A stretch of DNA of 64,000 nucleotides from a virus. The notes under the pieces were generated by a model. That model worked only from the letters and a program-made list of their open reading frames with translations, searched no databases and was not told the origin of the DNA. Location: the IMG/VR virus record IMGVR_UViG_3300045988_092366, one strand, 5' to 3'. Shown in pieces: positions 1 through 9,071 of this stretch (position 1 is the first letter of the stretch; each line of letters starts with the position of its first letter). The position numbers were made by a program, and so were the translations under genes.

Positions 1-779
1 AAAGAATCGTATCCATTACTGGATACCATACGGCACAACGCGTCGATTAGTTTGTCGTAAGCGTAAGTACCTTTAAATCCGGCGCTTGTGACGTAGATGT
101 CGTTCTGGTTCAGTGTCTCGTCTGGGTCTACTTTACCATTGACTTTTCTAGAAATTACAAGCATAGGCGCAATGATTTCTTCGTACTTTTGCTGGTCTGT
201 AATAGTCGCAACCTCTTCTGTAAGTACAGCTTGAGCACGGAAACCACGAGAACCAGAAGTCATACTTACATTCTTAATCGTACTTCCGTTGCGGAAACTG
301 TAAGTTACTTCATCTTTGGATTGGCTTGTCTTAGCCAACGTACCACGTGTATCCCAGATAATCTCTCTCGCTAGACCGGGAATTAGTTTGCATATTTCTT
401 GCATCTTAGATTGCAGAATCATCGCTGATTGACCTTTAGCATCTGCTACCGTAATCAATGTAGAGCCTGGGTAAAGAATTGCCTTGACCATTAAAGACAA
501 AACAGCCATAAAAGATTTAGAAAATCCTCGACTAAATACTTCATAAACAGTCCTATACCGCATATTAATGCGAAGAATCATACGTTGAGTTGGATAAAAT
601 TGAAATTTATTATTCGGATTTAGTGAAGCCATATAATCTACAAATTTATCTGGATACATACGCCAATAGGCAATAATACGTTGATATTTATCTAGATTAT
701 CTTCAATCTTCTTTGGGTCAATCTCGGCAACGCTTTTCTTATTATGCGCCGCAATCTTCAATAAATTACTCAGCGCCAT
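1..779 (-). CDS. terL: Terminase large subunit, N-terminal ATPase region (gene runs off the left edge)
   Basis: Absent from the ORF track because it leaves the window. Hand translation of the minus strand from ATG at 777-779 gives MALSNLLKIAAHNKKSVAEIDPKKIEDNLDKYQRIIAYW...FYPTQRMILRINMRYRTVYEVFSRGFSKSFMAVLSLMVKAILYPGSTLITVADAKGQSAMILQSKMQEI...DETLNQNDIYVTSAGFKGTYAYDKL, which matches TerL ATPase-domain blocks. Its start overlaps the stop of the upstream gene by 14 nt. Confidence 0.8.
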   Translation of the reverse strand, partial: MALSNLLKIAAHNKKSVAEIDPKKIEDNLDKYQRIIAYWRMYPDKFVDYMASLNPNNKFQFYPTQRMILRINMRYRTVYEVFSRGFSKSFMAVLSLMVKAILYPGSTLITVADAKGQSAMILQSKMQEICKLIPGLAREIIWDTRGTLAKTSQSKDEVTYSFRNGSTIKNVSMTSGSRGFRAQAVLTEEVATITDQQKYEEIIAPMLVISRKVNGKVDPDETLNQNDIYVTSAGFKGTYAYDKLIDALCRMVSSNGYDS

Positions 780-2277
780 ATTGTTCTGCCAATCTCTTAG
801 CTTCTTCCTCGCGTTCCTCAATCTGGAACTGCTGGAAGTCCGCAGCTTCTTCATCAGTGACCGCATTATCTTCATCTGTCTTAATGCCCTCTGCGATAAT
901 TTCGTCTACACTTTTGGTCTTGTTTTCTTCAAGTTTCTTGATATAAGATTCAATGAGGTTTCCTAGACCAAGTTCGTTCTTTACGAGGTTATCTGTATAG
1001 TTCTTCATATCATTAATGATAAAATCAATCTTGTCTTGCGGCACATTGATTGGGTCATCTTTTTTTGGGATAATCCCACCTTTAGATTCTACAAATGCAA
1101 CGAGTTCACCAATAGAGTCAATATCTCTCTTCTTCTCTTCCTGCTTTTGGCTATCTGTGAACTTTCCTGACTTACGCAACATATCATTAGCACCTTGTAA
1201 ATCTTTAAAAGTCTTAATATCGCCTACGTCTAGAGCTTGATTCATCTTTAAATCAGTCTTGCAGATATTTTTCAATACCTGTTCACGGTCTGTAGATAAT
1301 TCATAATCTGCTTCATATTTTTTATACAGCTCTTCCATCTTAACCCATTCAGAGGGCTTATAGAGAAGACCCCATTTAAGAGATAAATATTTAATATCGT
1401 CTTCTGTAAGATTCTCTGTAATCTGCGCTTCATCAATACGTGCAACATCTGGAATAAAGTCATTTTTCATTTCATCAGTAATATCTAGCGGCGCATTATT
1501 GATATTTTCTACAGGGTTCACACCAAGAGAAGAAGCAACATCAGGCATAAGGTCAAGCACTTGCGGCTCAGGGTCTACTTCTTTTGGTTGCTCTTTTTTC
1601 TTTTCCTTCTCAGCTTTCTTTGCTAAGAATTCTTGCTCAACATCTTTAGCCGCACTGATAACGTCAGCATTCTTCTTAATTTCTTCTGAATCAACGGTAT
1701 TCTCTGGAACTTCAAGTTCCTTCTTGTCAAGTACGCTATCAGGATTGCTCGCAACCTCTTCCTCGCCTTGCCGCATCTTCTCATTGATACGGTCGAGGAC
1801 GCTTTTGCGGCTCATAGTATTGTATTCAGCTTGCGAGATTTCACCTGCTTTAAGACTCTCTAAAAGCCTGTTTTCAAACTCTTCATCATAGGAAGTACCT
1901 TTGATGTTCTGCTGTTCTTTCCTAGCCTGCTGGAATTTCTCATTGTTGATTTTCTCAGAATCCGCATATTTCAGCTCATTATACTGGTCCATATTCATAG
2001 TGCGAAGATAGGTGCCGATAACCGACATAGGGCCAAATGTGGCTGGATTTTTCATATAGCTTTTATTTGCTAGCTCAACCCATTTCTTTTCAATATACGG
2101 CACGTCCATCTTCTTTAAAATCCATTTGAAAGTATCTGGGCGGCGATTATCAATATACATCGTCAGGCAAGTCTTGCAAAGGTCACATCTTTCATCTGTA
2201 TTGGGTATTTTATAGAAATCAGTTTCCTTCTTGGTCTTGCCGCATTTCGCGCATGTTTTCATAGATACGTCTGCCAT
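766..2277 (-). CDS. Acidic Lys/Glu-rich coiled-coil protein with N-terminal Zn ribbon (CAKCGKTKK...CDLCKTC)
   Basis: ORF 766..2529 trimmed to the internal Met MADVSMKTCAKCGK at 2277, which has an AGGAGA RBS. The upstream 84 codons overlap the preceding gene. Confidence 0.55.
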   Translation of the reverse strand: MADVSMKTCAKCGKTKKETDFYKIPNTDERCDLCKTCLTMYIDNRRPDTFKWILKKMDVPYIEKKWVELANKSYMKNPATFGPMSVIGTYLRTMNMDQYNELKYADSEKINNEKFQQARKEQQNIKGTSYDEEFENRLLESLKAGEISQAEYNTMSRKSVLDRINEKMRQGEEEVASNPDSVLDKKELEVPENTVDSEEIKKNADVISAAKDVEQEFLAKKAEKEKKKEQPKEVDPEPQVLDLMPDVASSLGVNPVENINNAPLDITDEMKNDFIPDVARIDEAQITENLTEDDIKYLSLKWGLLYKPSEWVKMEELYKKYEADYELSTDREQVLKNICKTDLKMNQALDVGDIKTFKDLQGANDMLRKSGKFTDSQKQEEKKRDIDSIGELVAFVESKGGIIPKKDDPINVPQDKIDFIINDMKNYTDNLVKNELGLGNLIESYIKKLEENKTKSVDEIIAEGIKTDEDNAVTDEEAADFQQFQIEEREEEAKRLAEQYGAE

Positions 2278-2341
2278 AAATCTCCTTTCTATACAACAAA
2301 CCCACTCCATCCAAGAGAAGGAAGAAGTGTGGTTAGTAATA

Positions 2342-3430
2342 TTATTTCTTTTTAGATTTGCGGCACTCACGACATGTAGAATAGAAGCCATCTTTCGCAG
2401 AATTATTCTTTGAGAAGAATAAAGGATGTGCCAACTTGGTCTTTCCGCATTTGCCGCACTTTTTCCATTGTCCATATTCCACATTTGTGTAATACCACAT
2501 AACATAATTCTTTTGAGCTTGTTCTGCAATCATCTTTGGAATTTTCTTGCGCCATAGCGTTGAGAAATATTGCGCGGTATGTGAAACTCCATATTCAGTC
2601 TCCATCATGCCGCATATCTCGTCATTCGATTTACCATCAATTTTCCATACTAAAAGGTCATATAGCATAGCTGTTGTCTGGTCTTTAGATTTGAATGTCT
2701 GCTCAATTAGGTTCTCAAAGTCTAAAAGCTCCCAGTGCATATCGCAATTGAGGTCAGTATAACATTCCTGCTTAATTGATGAATAGTATGTGAGCAGAAA
2801 TGAAACATGAACTGGATTAAATAATGAGATGACTCCATCGGATACGGGATACCCACGCGAGTCGAAATAAATTTTCTCAGACAAGTCCATATGCGCCATA
2901 TTCTTTAGCTGCGCTGAAACTTTTGACTTTGCAGGCCAACCCTTAACTGACTGCTTTAACAAGTACATCTGCTGATATGTTTCGATAATCTGCTTTTTCA
3001 GATAATAACGTTGCTTACCAGTAGCAGAAAGAAATTGTCGTTTGAGTGATGTGATAATAGAATCGAATTCCCGCATACCAGGAATGTTCTCTAAATCATC
3101 TTCTGAAATAGTATCCTTGTTATCTAGGATTTGATTCTTATCGTTGTTGACGAGTGCATAGATGCCGTCCTCGCCATTTTCCATATTCTCAACCATTTCC
3201 TCAAAAGAAATCTGTCGTTTGTTTACTGTTGCTTCTCTATTCTTCGTGATAATACTACGTTCTTTTTTCTTTTCCTTTTTTGTTTGATTTCTATCTGCGG
3301 CAAAGAGTAGATAGTCTGTCATTACGCGCAGGTAATTTGCATCTAGATTCTCTTGAGAAGTGGCCGCAATGGTTTCCCGCACACATTTAAGTCGTTCTTC
3401 CTGTGTCTTCAATGTGTAATCAAGTGCCAT
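2342..3430 (-). CDS. Hypothetical protein with C-terminal Zn ribbon (CGKCGKTK...CRECRKSKKK)
   Basis: 362-aa ORF with AAGGAGAAG RBS. Its CxKCGKTK ribbon resembles the N-terminal ribbon of 766..2277, so the two look like paralogs. Confidence 0.55.
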   Translation of the reverse strand: MALDYTLKTQEERLKCVRETIAATSQENLDANYLRVMTDYLLFAADRNQTKKEKKKERSIITKNREATVNKRQISFEEMVENMENGEDGIYALVNNDKNQILDNKDTISEDDLENIPGMREFDSIITSLKRQFLSATGKQRYYLKKQIIETYQQMYLLKQSVKGWPAKSKVSAQLKNMAHMDLSEKIYFDSRGYPVSDGVISLFNPVHVSFLLTYYSSIKQECYTDLNCDMHWELLDFENLIEQTFKSKDQTTAMLYDLLVWKIDGKSNDEICGMMETEYGVSHTAQYFSTLWRKKIPKMIAEQAQKNYVMWYYTNVEYGQWKKCGKCGKTKLAHPLFFSKNNSAKDGFYSTCRECRKSKKK

Positions 3431-3470
3431 ATCTTTACTTCTCCTTCTCTATTGGTTTTATTGCATCTAT

Positions 3471-3500
3471 ATTATACCATAAAAGAGTATGAAACGCAAG
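3471..3500 (-). promoter_or_regulatory. sigma70-type promoter for the 3430 operon: TTGCGT-18-TATAAT plus purine-rich leader ACCAATAGAGAAGGAG
   Basis: Reverse complement reads TTGCGTttcatactcttttatggTATAATatagatgcaataaaaccaatagagaaggagaag then ATG. Confidence 0.55.
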
Positions 3501-4214
3501 TGTATTATATAAAATTTTAGATATTTTTCTATGTATATTATATTTAAGTATGCAGCAAATGTGATTACCGTTTTTTGCCCATAAAACCATTACACCTATA
3601 AATTTTGGCCGCAAATGATTACATGTATCATGGTGCTGCTTTGGATTGCCGCGCCGTTGCTTAGAGCAACGGGCGTCAATATACTAACATTTTTGTATGT
3701 CTATTGGCGTAATGCGTATCGCTATAGTAAAATCTGTATAGTTATACCTATGAAAGTATATGGAAAATTATGCACTATTACCCATGCTCACTCTCCCCTT
3801 GCATGGAACCTATTGGATGTGCTACTTTTTCCAAGAGTATCCTATCCCCCTCTGTATGCGGTACGGTAGAGATACCGTTCGTCTCTTGTAAACTAATAAA
3901 CCAACGCAAGACCGCTTGGCTACAGAAATATTCTACTGCAAGTGAGAGTACATCCATACTTCTCACGGCAGAATAAATCTGCAACGTTTAAGACCCAGCT
4001 ATTCACCTCATTGGGGATTTTTGATTTAGGATAGTTCCTAAGCCGACTGGGAACGGCGCTATGGTTAGTTTTGTATATATTATAGCAAAAGGTTCAGCGC
4101 TTTTCAATAGCTTCGTGAAAATTTTTTAATGCCGTAATCGGAAAGTTTAAAAAGCCAATAGAAGGAATAAAGAAGAAAAGCGTTGCGTTTTATGGAATTT
4201 GAAAAATCCTCTTA

Positions 4215-4259
4215 GGTCGGTAATTTGGTATTTCAAAAAATAACTGAGGTCGGTAATTT
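4215..4259. repeat. Direct repeat aggtcggtaatttg x2
   Basis: gaggtcggtaatttggtatttc and gaggtcggtaatttgtgcagg, 31 nt apart, in the divergent non-coding region. Confidence 0.6.
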
Positions 4260-4308
4260 GTGCAGGGCGGGGCGTGCCTGGGAAAAAACAGGACGCGAAC
4301 CCGGAACG

Positions 4309-4346
4309 CCCCCCCCCATAGGGGGGGGGGCTAGCGCGCTAGCGCG
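4309..4346. repeat. Homopolymer palindrome C9-ATA-G10 followed by tandem gctagcgc x2
   Basis: acgcccccccccatagggggggggg ctagcgcgctagcgcg, inside the 1.2-kb non-coding divergent region 3431-4715. Confidence 0.7.
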
Positions 4347-4715
4347 TCAACAGTTTAGCCGCCGCGAGCGATAGCAGACAATGAGCGCGTTACTTGTAAG
4401 GTGATAGACGATAAATGTAACGTTGTATTTGTTGCGTTAGCTCATTGATTCTAAGGCGCTTATAAAGCGCCTTTTTATTTGCCGCTTTTGGTCGTGCCTA
4501 TGCGCGTAGGCATTTTACTAAATGGCACCTTGTAGGCTATTCTGTGGGCTTGCAAGGGTAAAAAATTATGAATTAGTGGTCACAACTTGATAGAGTTGTT
4601 TTTTCTGTGTATTCGCGTATTCACGCTCTCACGGTTTGACTTTTCGCTTGACTTGTATTACACTAAAGGATTAGACCAGAGACTTATGGAGGAATTGTGT
4701 GCGGCAAATTGATAC

Positions 4716-4760
4716 TTGCCAAACTAGGACGCTTACCGCATAATAATAGTTGTCCAAAGG
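4716..4760 (+). promoter_or_regulatory. Promoter TTGCCA-17-CATAAT followed by conserved transcript start AATAGTTGTCCAAAGG
   Basis: The same 17-mer TAATAGTTGTCCAAAGG and the same ggggacRgaWtggRgttagc pre-ATG box recur upstream of the 8257 gene. Confidence 0.5.
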
Positions 4761-4822
4761 CGAGGGTGCAAGGAGCTAACAAAGGGTTAGCCAGCCCGAA
4801 CGGGGACAGAATGGAGTTAGCA

Positions 4823-5293
4823 ATGTCTAACGCTCAGAACTACAACAAGGCTCTCAACCTCGCGGCTCAGTCCCACACCGACAAGTACAACACCACCAAG
4901 ACGCGCGTACTTGCCACGGGCGTTAAGCTTTCGGACGAGGCTTTCGATGCACTTTACCGCGCGGCAGTTGGCACTTCGGGTTTGATTGGTACCGCGCCTA
5001 CCGAGATTAGCGACGCTCAAGCGGATGCTCTGGACCTTCTTGTTGCGTTCCTTAATGCAAACCGTGATGAATGGTTCACGTTCTCCGATTTGTGCGGTCG
5101 TTCGGGCGCTATTAAGACTAGCAAGATTCGCGATTGGAACGGCAACACCTATACCACGCTTGATAATAAGAACACGCGCGACATTCTTAAAGAGTTCTTC
5201 GACCGTCTGATTAAGGCTAAGGTTTTTGAGGTTGATACGATGGTGTTTAAGTCGAACGGTACTAACGTTCTTTACGTTTATAAAGCTCGTTAG
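4823..5293 (+). CDS. Hypothetical protein in GC-rich island, behind a long conserved structured leader
   Basis: ORF 4697..5293. Start chosen at ATG 4823 by analogy with gttagcNcATG of the 8257 gene (ATG 4811 is the alternative). GC-rich codon usage. Confidence 0.55.
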   Translation: MSNAQNYNKALNLAAQSHTDKYNTTKTRVLATGVKLSDEAFDALYRAAVGTSGLIGTAPTEISDAQADALDLLVAFLNANRDEWFTFSDLCGRSGAIKTSKIRDWNGNTYTTLDNKNTRDILKEFFDRLIKAKVFEVDTMVFKSNGTNVLYVYKAR

Positions 5294-5301
5294 TTTTTGA
5301 T

Positions 5302-5325
5302 AGCTAGGGCGGGGAACGTCCCCGC
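5302..5325 (+). terminator. GC hairpin terminator gggcggggaacgtccccgccc
   Basis: Perfect 8-bp GC stem directly after the stop codon. Confidence 0.6.
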
Positions 5326-5354
5326 CCATTACCTTTAGAATTGGAGATATTATA

Positions 5355-5591
5355 ATGTTGTATCTGGTTTCTGTTAGCGGCATTAGCGCGGGCGAACAGC
5401 TTGACGATTACGAGGATTTTATCGTTGAAGCGGAGAACGAGGAGAATCTCGCCGCCGCTATCGTTGCCGACCGTTTGGATGGTATGGAGTCTGGCGAGCT
5501 TGACGGTTCCGTTTGGCGTGTGCGTGAGTTAGGCGATGAATTCGAGCTAGGCATTAAGCTCGATTTTATTTGCAAGGGTGAACGTCTTTAG
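5355..5591 (+). CDS. Small acidic protein (78 aa)
   Basis: ORF with GGAGA RBS, followed by hairpin gggtagggcttgcgccctaccc. Confidence 0.55.
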   Translation: MLYLVSVSGISAGEQLDDYEDFIVEAENEENLAAAIVADRLDGMESGELDGSVWRVRELGDEFELGIKLDFICKGERL

Positions 5592-5600
5592 TTAGTCAAA

Positions 5601-5622
5601 GGGTAGGGCTTGCGCCCTACCC
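5601..5622 (+). terminator. GC hairpin gggtagggcttgcgccctaccc
   Basis: Inverted repeat after the stop. Confidence 0.55.
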
Positions 5623-5641
5623 ACTCTTTGAAAGTGGAATA

Positions 5642-6124
5642 ATGAAAGCAATTGTATTAGACCTTGACGGCGTGCTTGTTGATTTTTACAACGTCAACGG
5701 TTGGTTGCCTATGTTGCAAGCGGAAAACGCCGCGCCTTACCTAATCGCTAAACCGTTAGGCGACTACAAGAAACTAAACAGTTTGCTTGCCGCTTTGCAG
5801 GGCTACGGTTATGCGGTTGAAGTTATTAGTTGGTTGGCAAAGGGCAAGACTACTAAGCAATTTGATAGCGCGGTACGCAAGAATAAACGCGCATGGTTGC
5901 GCAAGTATTACCCTGCTATTGATTTGCGAAACGTTCACGTGGTCAAGCATGGCACTAACAAGTGGCGCGTATCAAACTACAAAGGCGGCATTTTGTTTGA
6001 CGATGAAAGCGGTAACGTCCACGCGTGGCAACGTGATACGTCAAGCGGCAAAGCGGTACGTATTAAAGATGAAACTACTTTGCTAGACGCGCTAGAATCT
6101 CTTATTATCCAAGAGCTAGAATAG
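5642..6124 (+). CDS. HAD-superfamily phosphatase, 5'(3')-deoxyribonucleotidase-like
   Basis: N-terminal MKAIVLDLDGVLVDF is the DxDGV HAD motif I; 160 aa. Confidence 0.7.
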   Translation: MKAIVLDLDGVLVDFYNVNGWLPMLQAENAAPYLIAKPLGDYKKLNSLLAALQGYGYAVEVISWLAKGKTTKQFDSAVRKNKRAWLRKYYPAIDLRNVHVVKHGTNKWRVSNYKGGILFDDESGNVHAWQRDTSSGKAVRIKDETTLLDALESLIIQELE

Positions 6125-6128
6125 AGTT

Positions 6129-6150
6129 AGGGGAGCGGCAACGTTCCCCT
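6129..6150 (+). terminator. GC hairpin aggggagcggcaacgttcccct
   Basis: Inverted repeat after the stop. Confidence 0.55.
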
Positions 6151-6638
6151 ATGTTTCACGTGAAACGGTGACAAATGAAACTGTACAAATTAGTTAAATG
6201 GTTGCCCGTTATAATGGGTTCTATTGGTTTGATTCAATTAGTTTTAGATATGCATGATTGGAGCGTTGTATTTTTCTTCTTTATGGCTCTAACTTATACG
6301 ATATTTTAAAGGCACCTAAAAGGTGCCTTTTTCCGTTACGCCATAGTTGGCGGCGATTTTACCACAACACGTAACCAAAAGCAAGAGAAAAATTAGAAAA
6401 ACTTTTTCTTTTTTCTCGCGTGCGGCACGTCCTAAAAGTGCTATACTAACCTTAGTCGGGAGGACAACGGCACCGAACATAGCCTACTCATTATGACTTC
6501 GGTGTTGGCGCAGAATGCGCCGACCCCGGCGTTTGCTACGCAAACGGCGACACGTTCTCTACAGTTAGGTACCTTGAGTTAGCTATGGCTAACTTTGGCA
6601 AGTTAGCCTAGGTGAACAAAAATAATTTAAAATAATGC

Positions 6639-6666
6639 TTGCATTGTCCGCGCAAACAGCTATTAT
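6639..6666 (+). promoter_or_regulatory. Promoter TTGCAT-16-TATTAT
   Basis: Upstream of the exonuclease gene; followed by AAGGAG RBS. Confidence 0.45.
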
Positions 6667-6709
6667 TATAAGTGTAGTGATTAGCCCAAACGATTAAGGA
6701 GTTTTTCCT

Positions 6710-7423
6710 ATGGCTAACTTTGTTGTACTCGATACCGAGACCGCCCCAACCGTCAATCACAAAGACGGCAAGGCGCACCCCGAGACGTCTTTGGTTTACG
6801 ATTTTGGCTATACCATCCGCGACAACGACAATAACGCTATTCGTGAGCGTTCGTTTGTAGTCACGGACACGTTTTATCAAATTGACCTCATGAAAAGTGC
6901 CTACTACGCCGATAAAATCCCTACCTATCTTGAGGGAATTAAGACGGGCGAATGGGTCGAATCGTCTTTTAATGAGGTTTGGCGCACGTTCAAAGCAGAT
7001 TGTAAAGAGTGCAACGTTAAAAGCGCGTGGGCGTACAATTGTCGATTTGACGAGATAGCGCTAAACAATACGTTGCGCACGTATTCAAACGGTTTCGCTA
7101 CGTGGTTCATGCCCTTTAAGCTACGACTTAAAGACATTTGGGACTATGCAAGTAACATTACTAGTTCTAAGCGCTATCTAAAGTATTGCGTGGCAACAGG
7201 CGCATTTACACCCACGGGCAACCCGTCCACTAGTGCGGAAAGTGTTTACCGCTTTATCAATAGCGAACACGACTTTACCGAGGACCATACCGCACTTTCA
7301 GACGCGCGCATTGAGGCCGCTATTTTGCTTGCGGCAAAGGCTAAGCACAAAAAGACGCGCCACGGTTCGCGCGGTCAAGGTTGGCGAGACGCAAGCGCGG
7401 CATTTAAAGCGCTCGACCTTTAG
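6710..7423 (+). CDS. DEDDh 3'-5' exonuclease (DnaQ/RNase T-like)
   Basis: Exo I motif VVLDTETA at the N-terminus and Exo III motif HTALSDARIEAAIL near the C-terminus; 237 aa. Confidence 0.8.
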   Translation: MANFVVLDTETAPTVNHKDGKAHPETSLVYDFGYTIRDNDNNAIRERSFVVTDTFYQIDLMKSAYYADKIPTYLEGIKTGEWVESSFNEVWRTFKADCKECNVKSAWAYNCRFDEIALNNTLRTYSNGFATWFMPFKLRLKDIWDYASNITSSKRYLKYCVATGAFTPTGNPSTSAESVYRFINSEHDFTEDHTALSDARIEAAILLAAKAKHKKTRHGSRGQGWRDASAAFKALDL

Positions 7424-7429
7424 AAAACT

Positions 7430-7458
7430 AGGGGAACGGTTTCGACCGCTCCCCTTTT
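7430..7458 (+). terminator. GC hairpin plus T-run aggggaacggtttcgaccgctcccctttt
   Basis: Inverted repeat with U-tract. Confidence 0.65.
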
Positions 7459-7787
7459 CTTTTGCCATGAGCAAAAGCGATTCTAGCGCCCTAGAGCGTG
7501 CGGCAAGCCCCTTTATTTAAAATAAGGACTTTGGCCTAATGGCACCTTAAAACGCGTCTCATGGCCGCTATGGCGATATTTTTTTATTTAGGTACCGCAT
7601 TATCCGACAAGAAGTTAGCTATGGTTAATCGTGAATCATCGTTAGGTACCTAACTATTAAAATAGTTTACCTGGGTAAACTTCCCAAGACGCCATTTATG
7701 GCGCAAAAAATTATGACACACCCGAGCTGATTTGTCAAGCATTATTTTCAGATTTTTTTGAAAACATATTTCCTTCACAAATCCTGA

Positions 7788-7871
7788 TTGAAACGCTTTA
7801 ATTTTTAAAACGCTTTAAAGTTAGCCTAGGGTAACGCCGATTGAAGCGCTTCAAGTTTTGAAACGTTTCAA
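7788..7871. promoter_or_regulatory. Tandem operator-like palindromes TTGAAACG(N)TTTCAA
   Basis: ttgaaacgctttaa, aaaacgctttaaag, ttgaagcgcttcaag and ttttgaaacgtttcaaatg (a perfect 14-bp palindrome) within 85 nt. Confidence 0.5.
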
Positions 7872-8147
7872 ATGCACTTGTTTAAACAACCGAAGCCCCG
7901 AGGTTGGGGCCAAAATTTTACACCCGTCTAATTAGGTTTGTCAAGAAAAATCTTTTGACAATTTTCAGAAAAACACAAACATAACACATCCCGAAACCCA
8001 AATTTTTTTATGCAAGATTTGCCGCAAATGGCCTGATTCTATTCATTTTGCTTTATCTGGCTACAGTGCCGATATTTTGGGAATCTGAAAAAACTAGGCC
8101 ATCTACCTGCGGTTTCCATGATTCCTCCATATTTTTTCAAAAAGTTC

Positions 8148-8192
8148 TTGCCAAAAGTCTATGCAAAGCGTATAGTAATAGTTGTCCAAAGG
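8148..8192 (+). promoter_or_regulatory. Promoter TTGCCA-17-TATAGT followed by conserved start AATAGTTGTCCAAAGG
   Basis: Paralogous to the promoter and leader at 4716-4760. Confidence 0.5.
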
Positions 8193-8256
8193 GGACAGAG
8201 AAAAAAGAGCCGAACGGCGGCTCACTCGCGTCTCGGGGACGGATTGGGGTTAGCTC

Positions 8257-8685
8257 ATGGCTACCACTCGCACCAAGTTTCAGTTCACCGACTATCAGAT
8301 GTTCGCCGCTTTGGTGAACGTGGCGGGTGAAGTCTCGCCCGAGGTCATCAAGTCCGCGCTGGGGGACAATTATGACCCCGAGAAGCACACGCCCGAGAAC
8401 CTTGCCCGCAAGGTTTCCCACAAGTTCCACGTTCTCAAGGAGAACGCTGCCAAGCCCAAGGAGCCGTCTAATACGGCTCAGCTCAACAAGGTGCTTGCTG
8501 AACAGGTGGCAGCTGAGTTCGCCGATGGTAAGCCATTCACGCTCAACGACGTTATGATTAAGCACCCCAACGAGGTTAGGACGTTCTCAAAAGCGGGCGT
8601 TGTGGTCAACGTTCTGCTCTCTGAGAAGCGCGTCCGCAAGGCGGCACCTATCAACAACAAGACAGCTTATATCATCGTAGCGTAG
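8257..8685 (+). CDS. Hypothetical protein (142 aa) in GC-rich island
   Basis: ORF with conserved leader, GGGG/GGAG RBS and a strong downstream hairpin. Confidence 0.55.
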   Translation: MATTRTKFQFTDYQMFAALVNVAGEVSPEVIKSALGDNYDPEKHTPENLARKVSHKFHVLKENAAKPKEPSNTAQLNKVLAEQVAAEFADGKPFTLNDVMIKHPNEVRTFSKAGVVVNVLLSEKRVRKAAPINNKTAYIIVA

Positions 8686-8693
8686 TCATCTAG

Positions 8694-8717
8694 GGTGGGG
8701 CGATAACAAGCCCCACC
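8694..8717 (+). terminator. GC hairpin ggtggggcgataacaagccccacc
   Basis: Inverted repeat after the stop. Confidence 0.55.
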
Positions 8718-8758
8718 CACTACCCTTGCACCTATAGAACAGCATAGGACGGTCACGT

Positions 8759-9025
8759 TTGGAAGCCTACAGACGTAACGCGCTAATTGCGGCATTTGGC
8801 GAGCTACCCGACAAAGAGCTACAGCGCCTAGGGCGCGGGCTTGAAGCCCACCACGCCAACTGTATGAAAAGCGGTCAAGTTGTATTAGTCCCGGTCGAGA
8901 TTCACGAACTAATACACACGCTAACGCGCCTAGGCGGCAACGCCTACGCGAGCGGCGAAACCGACAACGCGCAAGTACTCATAGAATGCGCACAAATGCT
9001 ATTAGCGCAATTTACAATAAAATAA
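8759..9025 (+). CDS. Small protein with HNH-like His/Asn pattern (EAHHANC...VEIHELIH); TTG start
   Basis: 88-aa ORF (TTG start as given by the ORF track), followed by terminator aaccccacctgcccggtggggttttctttt. Confidence 0.35.
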   Translation: MEAYRRNALIAAFGELPDKELQRLGRGLEAHHANCMKSGQVVLVPVEIHELIHTLTRLGGNAYASGETDNAQVLIECAQMLLAQFTIK

Positions 9026-9041
9026 CACAATTAAATAAATA

Positions 9042-9071
9042 ACCCCACCTGCCCGGTGGGGTTTTCTTTTG
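9042..9071 (+). terminator. Rho-independent terminator aaccccacctgcccggtggggttttctttt
   Basis: GC hairpin plus U-tract. Confidence 0.7.

Noticed and set aside
189-946. Plus-strand ORFs 189..374, 713..946 and 781..966 from the track
   Set aside because: They lie antisense inside the terL and Zn-ribbon genes on the minus strand, which have clear protein signatures. They have no RBS.
3615-3984. ORFs 3615..3869, 3770..3976 and 3778..3984 in the divergent gap
   Set aside because: No RBS or promoter, odd composition, mutually overlapping. The region reads as non-coding regulatory or packaging DNA.
4697-4822. Upstream extension MCGKLILAKLGRLPHNNSCPKARVQGANKGLASPNGDR of ORF 4697..5293
   Set aside because: This segment is the conserved promoter and leader shared with the 8257 gene, so it is untranslated. 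The start was moved to ATG 4823.
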